Below, one piece after another: positions 20,427-30,039 of a stretch of 64,000 nt of DNA. Both the position numbers and the translations under genes were made by a program. The stretch lies in assembly GCA_021202555.1 (NCBI GenBank), contig JAJQCT010000038.1:18383-82382 (forward strand), written 5' to 3'. The stretch is from Clostridiales bacterium (lineage in GTDB: Bacteria > Bacillota > Clostridia > Oscillospirales > CAG-272). Under the pieces are notes generated by a model. That model was not told where the DNA came from, did not search any database, and saw nothing but the letters and a program-made list of their open reading frames with translations. The stretch's first letter is position 1. Each line of letters begins with the position of its first letter.

Positions 20427-21872
20427 TTATGTGCCCGCGATTGCGGGAATTTTCTTTTCCCAGCCCGAGAATTTATAGTAAAGCAGCATAAGGAGGGAGC
20501 AAAGCACCCATCCTGCGGGATATGCGAAAACTATAACGTAGATTGAGCTTGAAAAATGCGTCAGGATAATCAGGTATATCTGGCGGAAAAGGACGAACGA
20601 GCCGAGCATGATAAACATCGGCGTTTTTGAATTTCCCGCGCCGCGGAGCGTACCCGCGAGAATCTGGTTTATGACGCACATAAGGTAAAACGGTGATATT
20701 GCGCGCAGGAGCATGGCGCCGTATTCTACGACTGCCGGCTCGGAATTAAGAAACGCCACGAGAGGCTCGGCGAATATTATTATCGGCACAATCAAAAGCG
20801 CCGTTACCGCTAAGGAAATCATAATGCCGATAAATGTACCGCGCTTCGCGCGCTCGGGAAGCCCCGCACCGTAATTCTGACCCGTGAAGGTCGTGACGGA
20901 GAGGGAAATCGACTGCATCGGCAGAAGAGCGAAGGCGTCAATTTTGCTGTACGCCGTCCAGCCCGACATGAAATTTTCGCCGAAGGTGTTTATATACGAC
21001 TGTACGAACACGTTTGAAAATGACGTTATTGCCATCTGAAGCGCTGCGGGGAAGCCTATGTAGATTATGCGCTTCAGTATCTCCGGCGCTATTTTAAGCT
21101 TTGTCCACCTGATTTTGTATGCGGTGTCCTTCACCGTCAGCACGGCGAGCAGGAAGAGCGCGGATATTGCCTCGGCAATAATTGTCGCGTAAGCCGCGCC
21201 CGCGACGCCGAAATCAAGAAACAGCACGAAAACGACGTCAAGCACGGTGTTTATTACCGCGGAAATTATGAGCGCCGCCAAGGGCAGGGTGGAATTGCCC
21301 GCCGCACGGAATATTCCCGCCGCCATATTGTAAAGCATCAGCCCGCCAAGCCCGAGAAAGTAAATTTGCAGGTACGAAACGGCATCTGACACAACGCCCT
21401 CGGGCGTCTGCATGAGAGTTATCATTTCGGGGACGAGAAAATACCCCGCGACAGTGAAAAGTACGGCAAGAATAACCGTTACAACTATCGAGGTCTGAAC
21501 GGTATCAGAAACGGAATCGTCGTCCTTTGAGCCGATGAAGTGGCTTATTACGACGCCCGCTCCCGTCGCGAATCCAGAGAAAAAGCCCACGGCGGTGTTT
21601 ATTATCGGTCCCACGCTTCCGACCGCGGCGAATGCCTCGTTGCTTACACGTCCAACGACGTAGGAATCGACGGTATTGTAGAGCTGCTGGAAAAGATTGC
21701 CGACTAAAAGCGGCAGAGCAAACTGTATGAGGAGCTTTACGATGCTCCCCTCTGTCATGTCAATATCATGCTTTCGCCCGCCCTGAGCCTTACCCTCGGC
21801 GGGCGCTTCCTGTGTATTCTTCAAAGCAAGTGTCTCCTTTGCGCGTTTTTCGCGCGGGAATAAGTATACCAC
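20427..21872 (-). CDS. MATE family efflux transporter
   Basis: Twelve-helix-like hydrophobic profile and the N-terminal block LLIQFALPLLVGNLFQQLYNTVDSYVVGR typical of MATE. The true start may be the internal Met at 21758. Confidence 0.8.
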   Translation of the reverse strand: MVYLFPREKRAKETLALKNTQEAPAEGKAQGGRKHDIDMTEGSIVKLLIQFALPLLVGNLFQQLYNTVDSYVVGRVSNEAFAAVGSVGPIINTAVGFFSGFATGAGVVISHFIGSKDDDSVSDTVQTSIVVTVILAVLFTVAGYFLVPEMITLMQTPEGVVSDAVSYLQIYFLGLGGLMLYNMAAGIFRAAGNSTLPLAALIISAVINTVLDVVFVLFLDFGVAGAAYATIIAEAISALFLLAVLTVKDTAYKIRWTKLKIAPEILKRIIYIGFPAALQMAITSFSNVFVQSYINTFGENFMSGWTAYSKIDAFALLPMQSISLSVTTFTGQNYGAGLPERAKRGTFIGIMISLAVTALLIVPIIIFAEPLVAFLNSEPAVVEYGAMLLRAISPFYLMCVINQILAGTLRGAGNSKTPMFIMLGSFVLFRQIYLIILTHFSSSIYVIVFAYPAGWVLCSLLMLLYYKFSGWEKKIPAIAGT

Positions 21873-21952
21873 TAATTTTCCCGATTGTAAAGTGAAAATG
21901 AGAAAAATGTCGTCTGATGCCGGAATTTTTTCGATAAATGCAAAATCGGCTC

Positions 21953-21981
21953 TTGCAAATCGGGAAGATTTATATTATAAT
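21953..21981 (+). promoter_or_regulatory. sigma-A type promoter of the large surface-protein gene
   Basis: TTGCAA (21953-21958), 17-nt spacer, TATAAT (21976-21981). Confidence 0.55.
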
Positions 21982-22021
21982 GGTAATATCATTATATCCT
22001 GATTCCGAAAAGGAGAAAAAC

Positions 22022-24949
22022 ATGAAGTCAGCATCAAAAATTATCGTGCTTCTGCTCGCGTTCGCGCTGCTTTTGCCGAGCATTGCGTCCTGCGCGTCGG
22101 AGGGCACGGGGGAAGACACGACGGCATCCGTTTCCGTCGGCACAACGGACGGCAAGACGACAACAGCCGCCTCTGCGGCGTCAGTCACTGCGGCTGAAAC
22201 GACGGCATACGTCGTAGACGGCGACCTCGCGTACACAGAGCTTGAAATCACGGAGGACATGATTACAAGCTCAACGCCGTGGAACAACGGTTCGGACGTA
22301 GCAGCGAATGCGTTCGACGGCGACACCTCGACATTTTTCGACGGAGTTGAGGAGGGCTGGATCAAAATTGACCTCGGAGCCGAGTATCTCATCGGCAAAA
22401 TCGGATACGCGCCCCGCTCCGGATATGAGTCGCGCCTGACCGGCACGTTCTATGGAAGCCTTGACGGCAAAACGTGGTATGAAATTTACACCGTTTCTGC
22501 GGTGTATAAGCTCACGACAGTCGAATACACCGATTTTACGACGGTGGCATTTTTCAGGTACATAAAGTACGAGAATTTAAACGACTGCGCGAACATTTCG
22601 GAAATCGAGATTTATTCGGCTGTCAATATTCCCGAAACATATGTTGCGACAATTGAGCGCGACACCTACGAGGACGGCTCTTACGAGACGCTTTCGGAAT
22701 ACGCGGAGGACCGCGGAATGACGGAAATCACGACGGCGACATCCGACTACAGCGCGATTTTCGACAATAATCCCTCGACCGCGGCAGTTTCCGAGACGGG
22801 AGAAATTCTCGTAGACCTCGGCGACACGTATATTATCGGCGATATTGAATATATGCCCGGCACGACGGACGGCGCATCTCTCACCGACGTTGTTGGCGGC
22901 GAATTTTACGGGTCTGCCGACGGGGAGAGCTGGGATTTGCTCTATACGATTTCGGAGGCTACGGATTCCGTCGTGACGACGCAGCTTTTCTACGGGACAA
23001 TTTACACGACGGGCGAATACAGGTATATCAAATACGTAAACGACGGGGTGTGCAGCCTCTCGGAGCTTCGTCTTTATTCAATGGACGTGAGCATGAACAT
23101 CTCGCTCACAACGCTCGCCTTCGCGCTTGAAACCGATTCGGACGTGAACTGCGTCGCGCTCAACTGGGCAAGCGATCTTGACGCGGACGGCTTCGAGCTT
23201 TACCGCGCGGCAAGCGGCTGTATCTACCAGCTCGTTTACTCGGGCACGGGCGCGTCATGGCATGATTATGAGCTTCCGCTCGGAGATTACACGTACATGA
23301 TACGAGTGCGCTACGGCGACACTCTCGTTGGAATGGCGACGTCGGATGTGACGTGCTACGAGCAGCCCGACGACGTTAAGCTTTATAAGCTTAACAACCA
23401 GAAGGGCTCGACGCTCCGCTCACAGAGCAGTATATGCAGCGATGGCGTATATTACAGCTATTCCGTCAATGTTTCAAATAACGCGGTGACTGTCACCGAA
23501 TCGACATCGGAGGACGGATATTCGTTCTCGAATACGCGCACGATTATCGATTCGAGCGCAAATTCCTCGCTTTCCTACTGCAAAATCGAAAGCGTCAAGA
23601 CGGCGTACATTGAATCGGCGAACACAGTCATCATCGCGGCTCACTGGGAGCTTCCGAGCGGATATTCAGACGGAAAGCTGTTCCTTGTGACGGGAACCCC
23701 GGGCGGAGAGTTTACCTGTCAGGGAGTGTTCAATCCGAAAAATATCGAGGTTCGCGACCTTTCGATATTTGTAGACGACGATGATACGGCGTATCTGCTT
23801 GCAGCGGCGAATCCCGCGGGCGGCAGCGCGAACGAGACGCTTTATATTTTCCAGTTTACCGATGACTACACCGGTATAAAGAAGGTTGTGACGACGCTCT
23901 TTGAATATCAGTACCGCGAGATGCCGAACATGGTCAAGATTAACGGTTGGTATTACCTGTTCACCTCAGCCGCCGCAGGGTGGTATCCGAGCAACGGTCA
24001 GTATGCATCATCACAGTCAATTGAGGATGGATGGAGCGATTTGCGCGATATAGGCAACACCTCGACCTTCTCCTCACAGTCGAGCTGGATTGCTGTTCTC
24101 GGCAGCGGTGACGACGCAAATTATCTCATGTACGCTTATCGCTGGATTGCCGGAACTGGAACGAGCGGCACGATGATTGCGCCGATTACGTTTGACAGCG
24201 GGTATGCGTATTACGATTATTTCCCGACGATTCTTTACAATTCCGAGACGGGCGACATGATACCCGTATCGGGCGGCAAAATTCTCTCACAGGATGCGGA
24301 AATCACCTCGTCGCTTTCGTCAGCCGACGGGTACGGCGCGGAGCTTGCGGTTGACGGCGACTATTTCACCTCATATACGGCGAGTGAGGCGTTCAAGTGG
24401 CCGGTGACGATGACAATTGACCTTGGCGAGGAGTGCGAGCTGACGTATATTCAGATTTCGTGGTACATCTGCAAGGGCTCCGAGGGATATTACACCTATT
24501 ACGTTGAGGGGAGCCTTGACGGGGAGAGCTGGGAGACGCTGTACGACAATACGGACACGTCCGATTCAAAGGTCTATAATACATACGGGTTCAATTCAAA
24601 CGTGCTTGAAGGGACAGCGCGCTATGTGAGGCTTGTCGTGACGGGCGCTGTACTTCAGAACAATCCGACATACAACTGGTACACGCCGACGATTTATGAA
24701 ATCAAGGTGTTCGGATATGACAGCACGGAAGGACCGGCGACGCCCGTTGACTATACGGCTGCGAGCTCAGAGACCGAAGAGGATACGACCGCGGATGATA
24801 CAGATGCGGAAAGCACTGATGCCGATACGTCTGACGGCAGCACCTCGTCGGGATGCGGCTCGGTGATTGCGGCGCTGCCTATAGTCTTTGTTTTGGCTGT
24901 GACAACGACAGTGAGTACAGTCAGCGTTACAAAACGCCGTAAAAGGTGA
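22022..24949 (+). CDS. large surface protein with three F5/8 type C (discoidin)-like modules, lipoprotein signal and C-terminal anchor-like signal
   Basis: The start at 22022 (MKSASKIIVLLLAFALLLPSIASC) has AAGGAG upstream. Discoidin-like blocks include NAFDGDTSTFFDG...IDLG..., IFDNNPSTA...VDLG... and LAVDGDYFTSY...IDLG... The C-terminus is SSGCGS plus a hydrophobic helix plus KRRKR. Confidence 0.7.
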   Translation: MKSASKIIVLLLAFALLLPSIASCASEGTGEDTTASVSVGTTDGKTTTAASAASVTAAETTAYVVDGDLAYTELEITEDMITSSTPWNNGSDVAANAFDGDTSTFFDGVEEGWIKIDLGAEYLIGKIGYAPRSGYESRLTGTFYGSLDGKTWYEIYTVSAVYKLTTVEYTDFTTVAFFRYIKYENLNDCANISEIEIYSAVNIPETYVATIERDTYEDGSYETLSEYAEDRGMTEITTATSDYSAIFDNNPSTAAVSETGEILVDLGDTYIIGDIEYMPGTTDGASLTDVVGGEFYGSADGESWDLLYTISEATDSVVTTQLFYGTIYTTGEYRYIKYVNDGVCSLSELRLYSMDVSMNISLTTLAFALETDSDVNCVALNWASDLDADGFELYRAASGCIYQLVYSGTGASWHDYELPLGDYTYMIRVRYGDTLVGMATSDVTCYEQPDDVKLYKLNNQKGSTLRSQSSICSDGVYYSYSVNVSNNAVTVTESTSEDGYSFSNTRTIIDSSANSSLSYCKIESVKTAYIESANTVIIAAHWELPSGYSDGKLFLVTGTPGGEFTCQGVFNPKNIEVRDLSIFVDDDDTAYLLAAANPAGGSANETLYIFQFTDDYTGIKKVVTTLFEYQYREMPNMVKINGWYYLFTSAAAGWYPSNGQYASSQSIEDGWSDLRDIGNTSTFSSQSSWIAVLGSGDDANYLMYAYRWIAGTGTSGTMIAPITFDSGYAYYDYFPTILYNSETGDMIPVSGGKILSQDAEITSSLSSADGYGAELAVDGDYFTSYTASEAFKWPVTMTIDLGEECELTYIQISWYICKGSEGYYTYYVEGSLDGESWETLYDNTDTSDSKVYNTYGFNSNVLEGTARYVRLVVTGAVLQNNPTYNWYTPTIYEIKVFGYDSTEGPATPVDYTAASSETEEDTTADDTDAESTDADTSDGSTSSGCGSVIAALPIVFVLAVTTTVSTVSVTKRRKR

Positions 24950-24964
24950 TAACTCTAAGTTATT

Positions 24965-24996
24965 CAAAAAACAGCCTCCGAAAGGGGGCTGTTTTT
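24965..24996 (+). terminator. rho-independent terminator
   Basis: ACAGCCTCC gaaa GGGGGCTGT stem followed by TTTTT. Confidence 0.8.
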
Positions 24997-25131
24997 GAAA
25001 GATGGACAGCGATTCAACCTATAGTTGAGCGGATTTTCAACCGATGATTGTGAAGCTTCAACCGTCGGTATCTTTATTTCAGCGTTCGCGCGGATTATAA
25101 TATACCCATCAGACTGAAAGGAGTCAGCATT

Positions 25132-25653
25132 ATGACTGAAGAAACACTCGGTTCGCGAATCGCGGACGCAAGAAAAAAATGCAAACTGACGCAGGAGGAT
25201 TTGGCGGCACACCTCGGCGTGACGGCACAGGCGGTGAGCAAATGGGAAAACGACATTTCGTGTCCCGACATCACGCTTTTGCCGAAGCTTTCATCGATTT
25301 TCGGGATTTCGATTGACGAGCTTTTGTCGGGCAGAAAAATTGAAATCGTTGAAGGTCATGACGAAGAAAATCGAAAACCATTTGAAAAGCTAATTCTTTA
25401 CGTGCGCTTTTTCGGCTCGGACGGGATTCGGATTGCGGCAAAAATTCCGATGCCGCTTGTGAAAATTGCGATTGAGGACGGTAATTCCAAGGGGTACATC
25501 AATATCTCGGACGAAAAGTCGGGCAAAAAAGAGGCATTCGGGAGCAGAGTAGACCTGAGGGGTGTGCTGGAGCTTGTGGAGGCAGGCAAGCTCGGAAAGC
25601 TTCTCGAATTTGAAAGCTCTGACGGAGACAGGGCGGAGGTATATGTTGAATGA
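25132..25653 (+). CDS. XRE-family HTH transcriptional regulator with uncharacterised C-terminal domain
   Basis: N-terminal HTH_3 pattern LGSRIADARKKCKLTQEDLAAHLGVTAQAVSKWEND. The C-terminal ~100 aa has no motif I recognise. Confidence 0.7.
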   Translation: MTEETLGSRIADARKKCKLTQEDLAAHLGVTAQAVSKWENDISCPDITLLPKLSSIFGISIDELLSGRKIEIVEGHDEENRKPFEKLILYVRFFGSDGIRIAAKIPMPLVKIAIEDGNSKGYINISDEKSGKKEAFGSRVDLRGVLELVEAGKLGKLLEFESSDGDRAEVYVE

Positions 25654-25952
25654 AAATAGAAATTGAGAGAGGGCGGCATTCCACATCTATTACGGTTCCG
25701 AACGGACTTATGTTTTCGCGGGGATTTTACAGCTTCGCGCGTCTTTTTGGTGTGGGTATCAGATTTGACGGGGATTTTAAAATAAAATTCGGCAAGGACG
25801 TTACAGTATCATTCGGCGTGGACGTTAAAATTTCAAAGGATGCATGGTACGCGATGGGAAGGGAGATGAAAAAAATCAAAGAAGAATACGGAGAATGGGA
25901 ATTTATAATGCTTGAGATGGCGCACGACAAAAGTGTAAGGGTATCCTTATAG
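25650..25952 (+). CDS. hypothetical protein (100 aa), translationally coupled to the XRE gene
   Basis: ATGA overlap with the upstream stop. No motif I recognise. Confidence 0.4.
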   Translation: MKIEIERGRHSTSITVPNGLMFSRGFYSFARLFGVGIRFDGDFKIKFGKDVTVSFGVDVKISKDAWYAMGREMKKIKEEYGEWEFIMLEMAHDKSVRVSL

Positions 25953-26035
25953 GCGAAACCTCGGATTTTGTCTTTTGCGGCTTTTTCACAAAAGGTTAAT
26001 TTAGCATGAATTTCTTCCAAAGCCTCGTTTCGCGC

Positions 26036-26064
26036 TTGACAAGCGAGGCTTTTTCCATTATAAT
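26036..26064 (+). promoter_or_regulatory. sigma-A type promoter of the M16 peptidase gene
   Basis: TTGACA (26036-26041), 17-nt spacer, TATAAT (26059-26064). The -35 sits in the loop of an AGCCTCG/CGAGGCT hairpin that may terminate the upstream operon. Confidence 0.6.
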
Positions 26065-26147
26065 ATGCATAGGCTGATAAGACGAGAGCGTCTTATCTGA
26101 CAGCATATTTTGTATCTTAAATTTTTTTATTTCGCAAAGGAGACGAA

Positions 26148-29087
26148 ATGTCAAAAAGCATCAAATCATCGGCTGAGCTTTCCGCACTGCCCGCATATGA
26201 GCTTGTGCATGAGGAATATCTCGACGATATCAAGAGCTGCGGACTTGTATTCCGCCACAAAAAGAGCGGCGCGCGCGTCTGCGTCATCTCAAACGACGAT
26301 GACAACAAGGTGTTCTGCGCCGGATTCCGCACGACGCCGACGGACAGCACGGGCGTACCTCACATAACGGAGCATTCCGTTTTGAACGGATCGAAGAATT
26401 TTCCGTCGCGCGACCCGTTCATGTCGCTTGTAAAGGGTTCGCTCAACACGTTTTTGAACGCGATGACGTACCCCGACAAGACGATTTATCCCGTCGCGAG
26501 CTGCAACGACAAGGATTTCAAGAATCTCATGCACGTTTATATCGACGCCGTGTTCCATCCGCTGACATACTCCCGCCCCGAGATTATGCAGCAGGAGGGC
26601 TGGCACTATGAGCTTGAGTCGCCGGACGACGAGCTTAAGATAAACGGCGTTGTATACAGCGAGATGAAGGGCGCGCTTTCGTCCGCCGACTCGCTTATGT
26701 ATGAGGGAATACAGCACGCGCTTTATCCCGACAACACATACGGCGTAAATTCGGGCGGCGACCCCGACTTCATTCCCGACCTTACATATGAAAATTTCCT
26801 TGATTTCCACAGACGCTACTATCATCCCGTCAACTCGTATATTTATCTTTACGGCGACGTTGATATTGAGGAGCGTCTTACATGGATGGATGAGAATTAT
26901 CTTTCGGAGTTCGATATAATAGAGCTTGATTCTCATATCGAGCCGCAGGGTGAGTGGGACGGAATACGCGAGGAGTACGGAAAGTATTCTGTCGGAGCTG
27001 ACGACAAAACGGAAGGAAAGACTTATTTCGGCTATGCTACGCTTGCCGGCGAGGCAAACGTATATAATACGTGCGCATGGAGAGCTCTCGGCTCCGCGCT
27101 TCTCGATACGGGTGCGCCGCTTCTTCAGGCTTTGCAGGATGCGGGAATCGGCAATCAGGTTTACGGAGGATATGAGGGCGGAATACTCCAGCCTATGTTC
27201 ACAGTAATCGCAAAGGAGGCTAAGGCTGAGAACAAGGACAAATTCTTCGAGATTATCGACAAGGTTCTTCGCGAGCAGGTCAAAAACGGCATTAACAAGA
27301 ATGCGCTTCTCTCGGCAATCAACTCGGATGAATTCAGTTGGCGTGAGGCTGATTTCGGAGGCGCTCCAAAGGGACTTCTTTACATAATTACCTCATTTGA
27401 AAGCTGGCTTTACGATGATTCGAAGCCGTTCGATTTCCTGAAGCGCAATGAGATATATGAGGATCTGCGAAAGAAAATCGACGAGGGCTATTTTGAGGGG
27501 CTTATCGAGCAGTATCTTCTCACGCCGAAGCACGAGCTTCACTATGTGCTTGAGCCCGAACGCGGACTTCTTGACCGCAAAAATGAGGCGCTGCGCGAAA
27601 AGCTGGCTGCATATAAGGCATCGCTTTCAAAGGAAGAGGTTGAGGCTATAGTCGCATCGACCAAGCATCTGCGCGAATATCAGTCGGCACCCCCGACAGA
27701 GGAGGAAATAAACTGCATTCCTTCGATTACGCGCGAGGACATCGACAAAAAATCAAAAGCGTATACGAATGAGGAAAAAACGCTCGCGGGCATTCCCGCC
27801 GTATATCACGACGTGAACACAAACGGCATTACATACTGTGAGCTTATGTTCCGCACGGAGAGTATACCTACAGAGCTTATACCGTTTGTAGGGCTTTTGA
27901 GAAATGTGCTCGGCTCGGTCGATACGTCGAAGCATTCATATTTCGAGCTTTCAAACGATATAGGAATCAACACGGGCGGAATTTCATATTCATGCGGCGC
28001 TATTCACCTCTTCGGTCATCACGACGAGTTTGTGCCTTATACAAATGTAAGCTTCAGTGCGCTTTCAAGCAAGGTTTCATACGCAATGGAGCTTGTCGGT
28101 GAGGTTCTCTCCTCGTCCAAAATTCACGACAAAAAGCGCCTTTACGACATTATCACAGAGCATCTTTCGGGCACGCTCACGAGATTTGGTTCAAGCGGCA
28201 ACCGCTTTGCGCTTGAGCGCGCGAAATCATATATCATGCGCACATCTCTCTTTGAGGAAAAGGAAACGGGAATTGACGCATATATGACGCTGAAAGCTCT
28301 CATGGAGGACTACGACAAAAACTACGAGTACATTGCCGACAGCCTTGAAAAGGCGCTTCAGTATATGTACAGACCCGAAAATCTCATAGTTTCATATGCA
28401 TCCGACGCCGAAGGCGAGGCAGAGCTTGAAAAATCGCTCCCGCAGCTTGTCGCATCGCTCCATACGTGCGAAAAAGCATCGGGCGAGATGACGCTTGAGC
28501 CCACGGTCAGGAATGAAGGACTCATGATGCCGATTCAGGTTCAGTATGTTGCGCGCGCAGGTGATTTTGAAAAGAAGGGCTTTAAGTATTCTGGTGCTCT
28601 CGACGTTTTGAGATCGTCACTCAACATCGATTATCTCTATCAGGAGATTCGCGTTAAGGGCGGCGCATACGGTCAGGGATGCTCGTTCAATCAAAACGAC
28701 GGAATCCTCGGCTTCAGTTCATATCGTGACCCTCAGCTCAAAAATACGGATGAGGTTTACAAGAGAACGCCGGAGTTTATCCGTTCGATTTCCCTCTCAA
28801 ATGAGGAGCTTACAAAGCTCATAATCGGCACAATATCCGATGTTGACCAGCCGCGCACGCCCCGCACACAGAAGAGCATATCGTTCTCGGCATATCTTCG
28901 CGGCATGACAACAGAGGATTTGCAGAAAACGAGGGACGAAATTCTCAATGTAACGACATTAGAGCTTGTGGATGCGGCGGAGCTTGTCGAAAAGACGCTT
29001 GAGGACAGCGTTCTCTGCGTTATCGGAAACGACACGAAGCTTCGTGAAAACAAGGATATGTTCGGCTCGCTCGTATCGCTTTCGTAA
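26148..29087 (+). CDS. M16-family insulinase-like zinc metallopeptidase (PreP/CYM1-like, ~980 aa)
   Basis: Inverted zinc motif HxxEH (GVPHITEHSVLNGS) followed by YPDKTIYPVAS. The length and four-domain size are typical of the M16C subfamily. Confidence 0.85.
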   Translation: MSKSIKSSAELSALPAYELVHEEYLDDIKSCGLVFRHKKSGARVCVISNDDDNKVFCAGFRTTPTDSTGVPHITEHSVLNGSKNFPSRDPFMSLVKGSLNTFLNAMTYPDKTIYPVASCNDKDFKNLMHVYIDAVFHPLTYSRPEIMQQEGWHYELESPDDELKINGVVYSEMKGALSSADSLMYEGIQHALYPDNTYGVNSGGDPDFIPDLTYENFLDFHRRYYHPVNSYIYLYGDVDIEERLTWMDENYLSEFDIIELDSHIEPQGEWDGIREEYGKYSVGADDKTEGKTYFGYATLAGEANVYNTCAWRALGSALLDTGAPLLQALQDAGIGNQVYGGYEGGILQPMFTVIAKEAKAENKDKFFEIIDKVLREQVKNGINKNALLSAINSDEFSWREADFGGAPKGLLYIITSFESWLYDDSKPFDFLKRNEIYEDLRKKIDEGYFEGLIEQYLLTPKHELHYVLEPERGLLDRKNEALREKLAAYKASLSKEEVEAIVASTKHLREYQSAPPTEEEINCIPSITREDIDKKSKAYTNEEKTLAGIPAVYHDVNTNGITYCELMFRTESIPTELIPFVGLLRNVLGSVDTSKHSYFELSNDIGINTGGISYSCGAIHLFGHHDEFVPYTNVSFSALSSKVSYAMELVGEVLSSSKIHDKKRLYDIITEHLSGTLTRFGSSGNRFALERAKSYIMRTSLFEEKETGIDAYMTLKALMEDYDKNYEYIADSLEKALQYMYRPENLIVSYASDAEGEAELEKSLPQLVASLHTCEKASGEMTLEPTVRNEGLMMPIQVQYVARAGDFEKKGFKYSGALDVLRSSLNIDYLYQEIRVKGGAYGQGCSFNQNDGILGFSSYRDPQLKNTDEVYKRTPEFIRSISLSNEELTKLIIGTISDVDQPRTPRTQKSISFSAYLRGMTTEDLQKTRDEILNVTTLELVDAAELVEKTLEDSVLCVIGNDTKLRENKDMFGSLVSLS

Positions 29088-29120
29088 GAGTATCCGAAGA
29101 AAAAACCGAAAAGCAAACAG

Positions 29121-29161
29121 GAGAGGAAGCCGCGTTCGTTTCACGAATGCGGCTTTCTCTC
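29121..29161. terminator. long hairpin downstream of the peptidase gene (possible terminator, no U-tract)
   Basis: About 18-bp stem GAGAGGAAGCCGCGTTCG / CGAATGCGGCTTTCTCTC including two G-U pairs. Confidence 0.4.
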
Positions 29162-29215
29162 GTAGAAAAAACACAATATTCTTCCGAAAATCATCAATTT
29201 GTCACGAGAAAACCC

Positions 29216-29244
29216 TTGACTTTACATGAATTTTATAATATAAT
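29216..29244 (+). promoter_or_regulatory. sigma-A type promoter of the VTC/DUF4956 operon
   Basis: TTGACT (29216-29221), 17-nt spacer, TATAAT (29239-29244). Confidence 0.55.
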
Positions 29245-29295
29245 TATCATCGTGAAATTCCGCAGGGCATTGTGGCATGAAAGCGAGGGTGTCAA

Positions 29296-30039
29296 GTGGC
29301 GTTCAAGGAAGTATTTAAGCGCGTTGAAAAGAAGTATATGCTCACCTCCGAGCAGTACGAAAGCTTTTTGCCTGCGCTCAACGAGCATATGCAGGCGGAT
29401 GAATACGGCGACAGCCTGATTATGAACATTTATTACGATTCGCCGAATTATTCCTTAATACGCCGCTCGATTGACAAGCCCGTATACAAGGAAAAAATCA
29501 GACTGCGCTGCTACGGGGTACCGAAGGACGATACAGTCACCTTTGTGGAGCTGAAAAAGAAGTATAAGGGCGTTGTTTTCAAGCGCAGAATCAGCATGAA
29601 ATATGCGGATGCGCTGAAATTTCTTGCGGGAGAAAAGCCGCCGAAGGATTCGCAGATTGCGCGGGAAATCAAGTGGTCGCTCGATTATTACGCAAATCTT
29701 AAGCCTGCCGTCGTGCTTTCATACAGGCGCGTCGCGTATTTCGGGCGCGAGGATCCGGACTTCAGAATGACCTTCGACAGGGAAATTTTATGGCGCGATA
29801 CGGACGTTGATCTGTCGCTCGGACCATACGGAGAGGCTCTTTTGCCCGAGGGAACGAGATTGATGGAGGTTAAATTTGCGGATGCGGCTCCGCTCTGGCT
29901 TGTGGATGAGATGGGAAGGCTCAATATGTACCCGACCTCCTTCAGCAAGTACGGAACCGCCTACAAATCGATTTTTATGTCGGCGCACGGCACCGACGAA
30001 AAAAATAAAATTTCCATAGGAGAAAAAGCAGATGTTTGA
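29296..30039 (+). CDS. VTC-domain (polyphosphate polymerase-like, triphosphate tunnel) protein
   Basis: GTG start. Basic/acidic tunnel-strand strings VEKKYML, KEKIRLRCYG, FVELKKKYKGVVFKRRI and RLMEVKF match the VTC/CYTH-like pattern. Confidence 0.75.
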   Translation: MAFKEVFKRVEKKYMLTSEQYESFLPALNEHMQADEYGDSLIMNIYYDSPNYSLIRRSIDKPVYKEKIRLRCYGVPKDDTVTFVELKKKYKGVVFKRRISMKYADALKFLAGEKPPKDSQIAREIKWSLDYYANLKPAVVLSYRRVAYFGREDPDFRMTFDREILWRDTDVDLSLGPYGEALLPEGTRLMEVKFADAAPLWLVDEMGRLNMYPTSFSKYGTAYKSIFMSAHGTDEKNKISIGEKADV

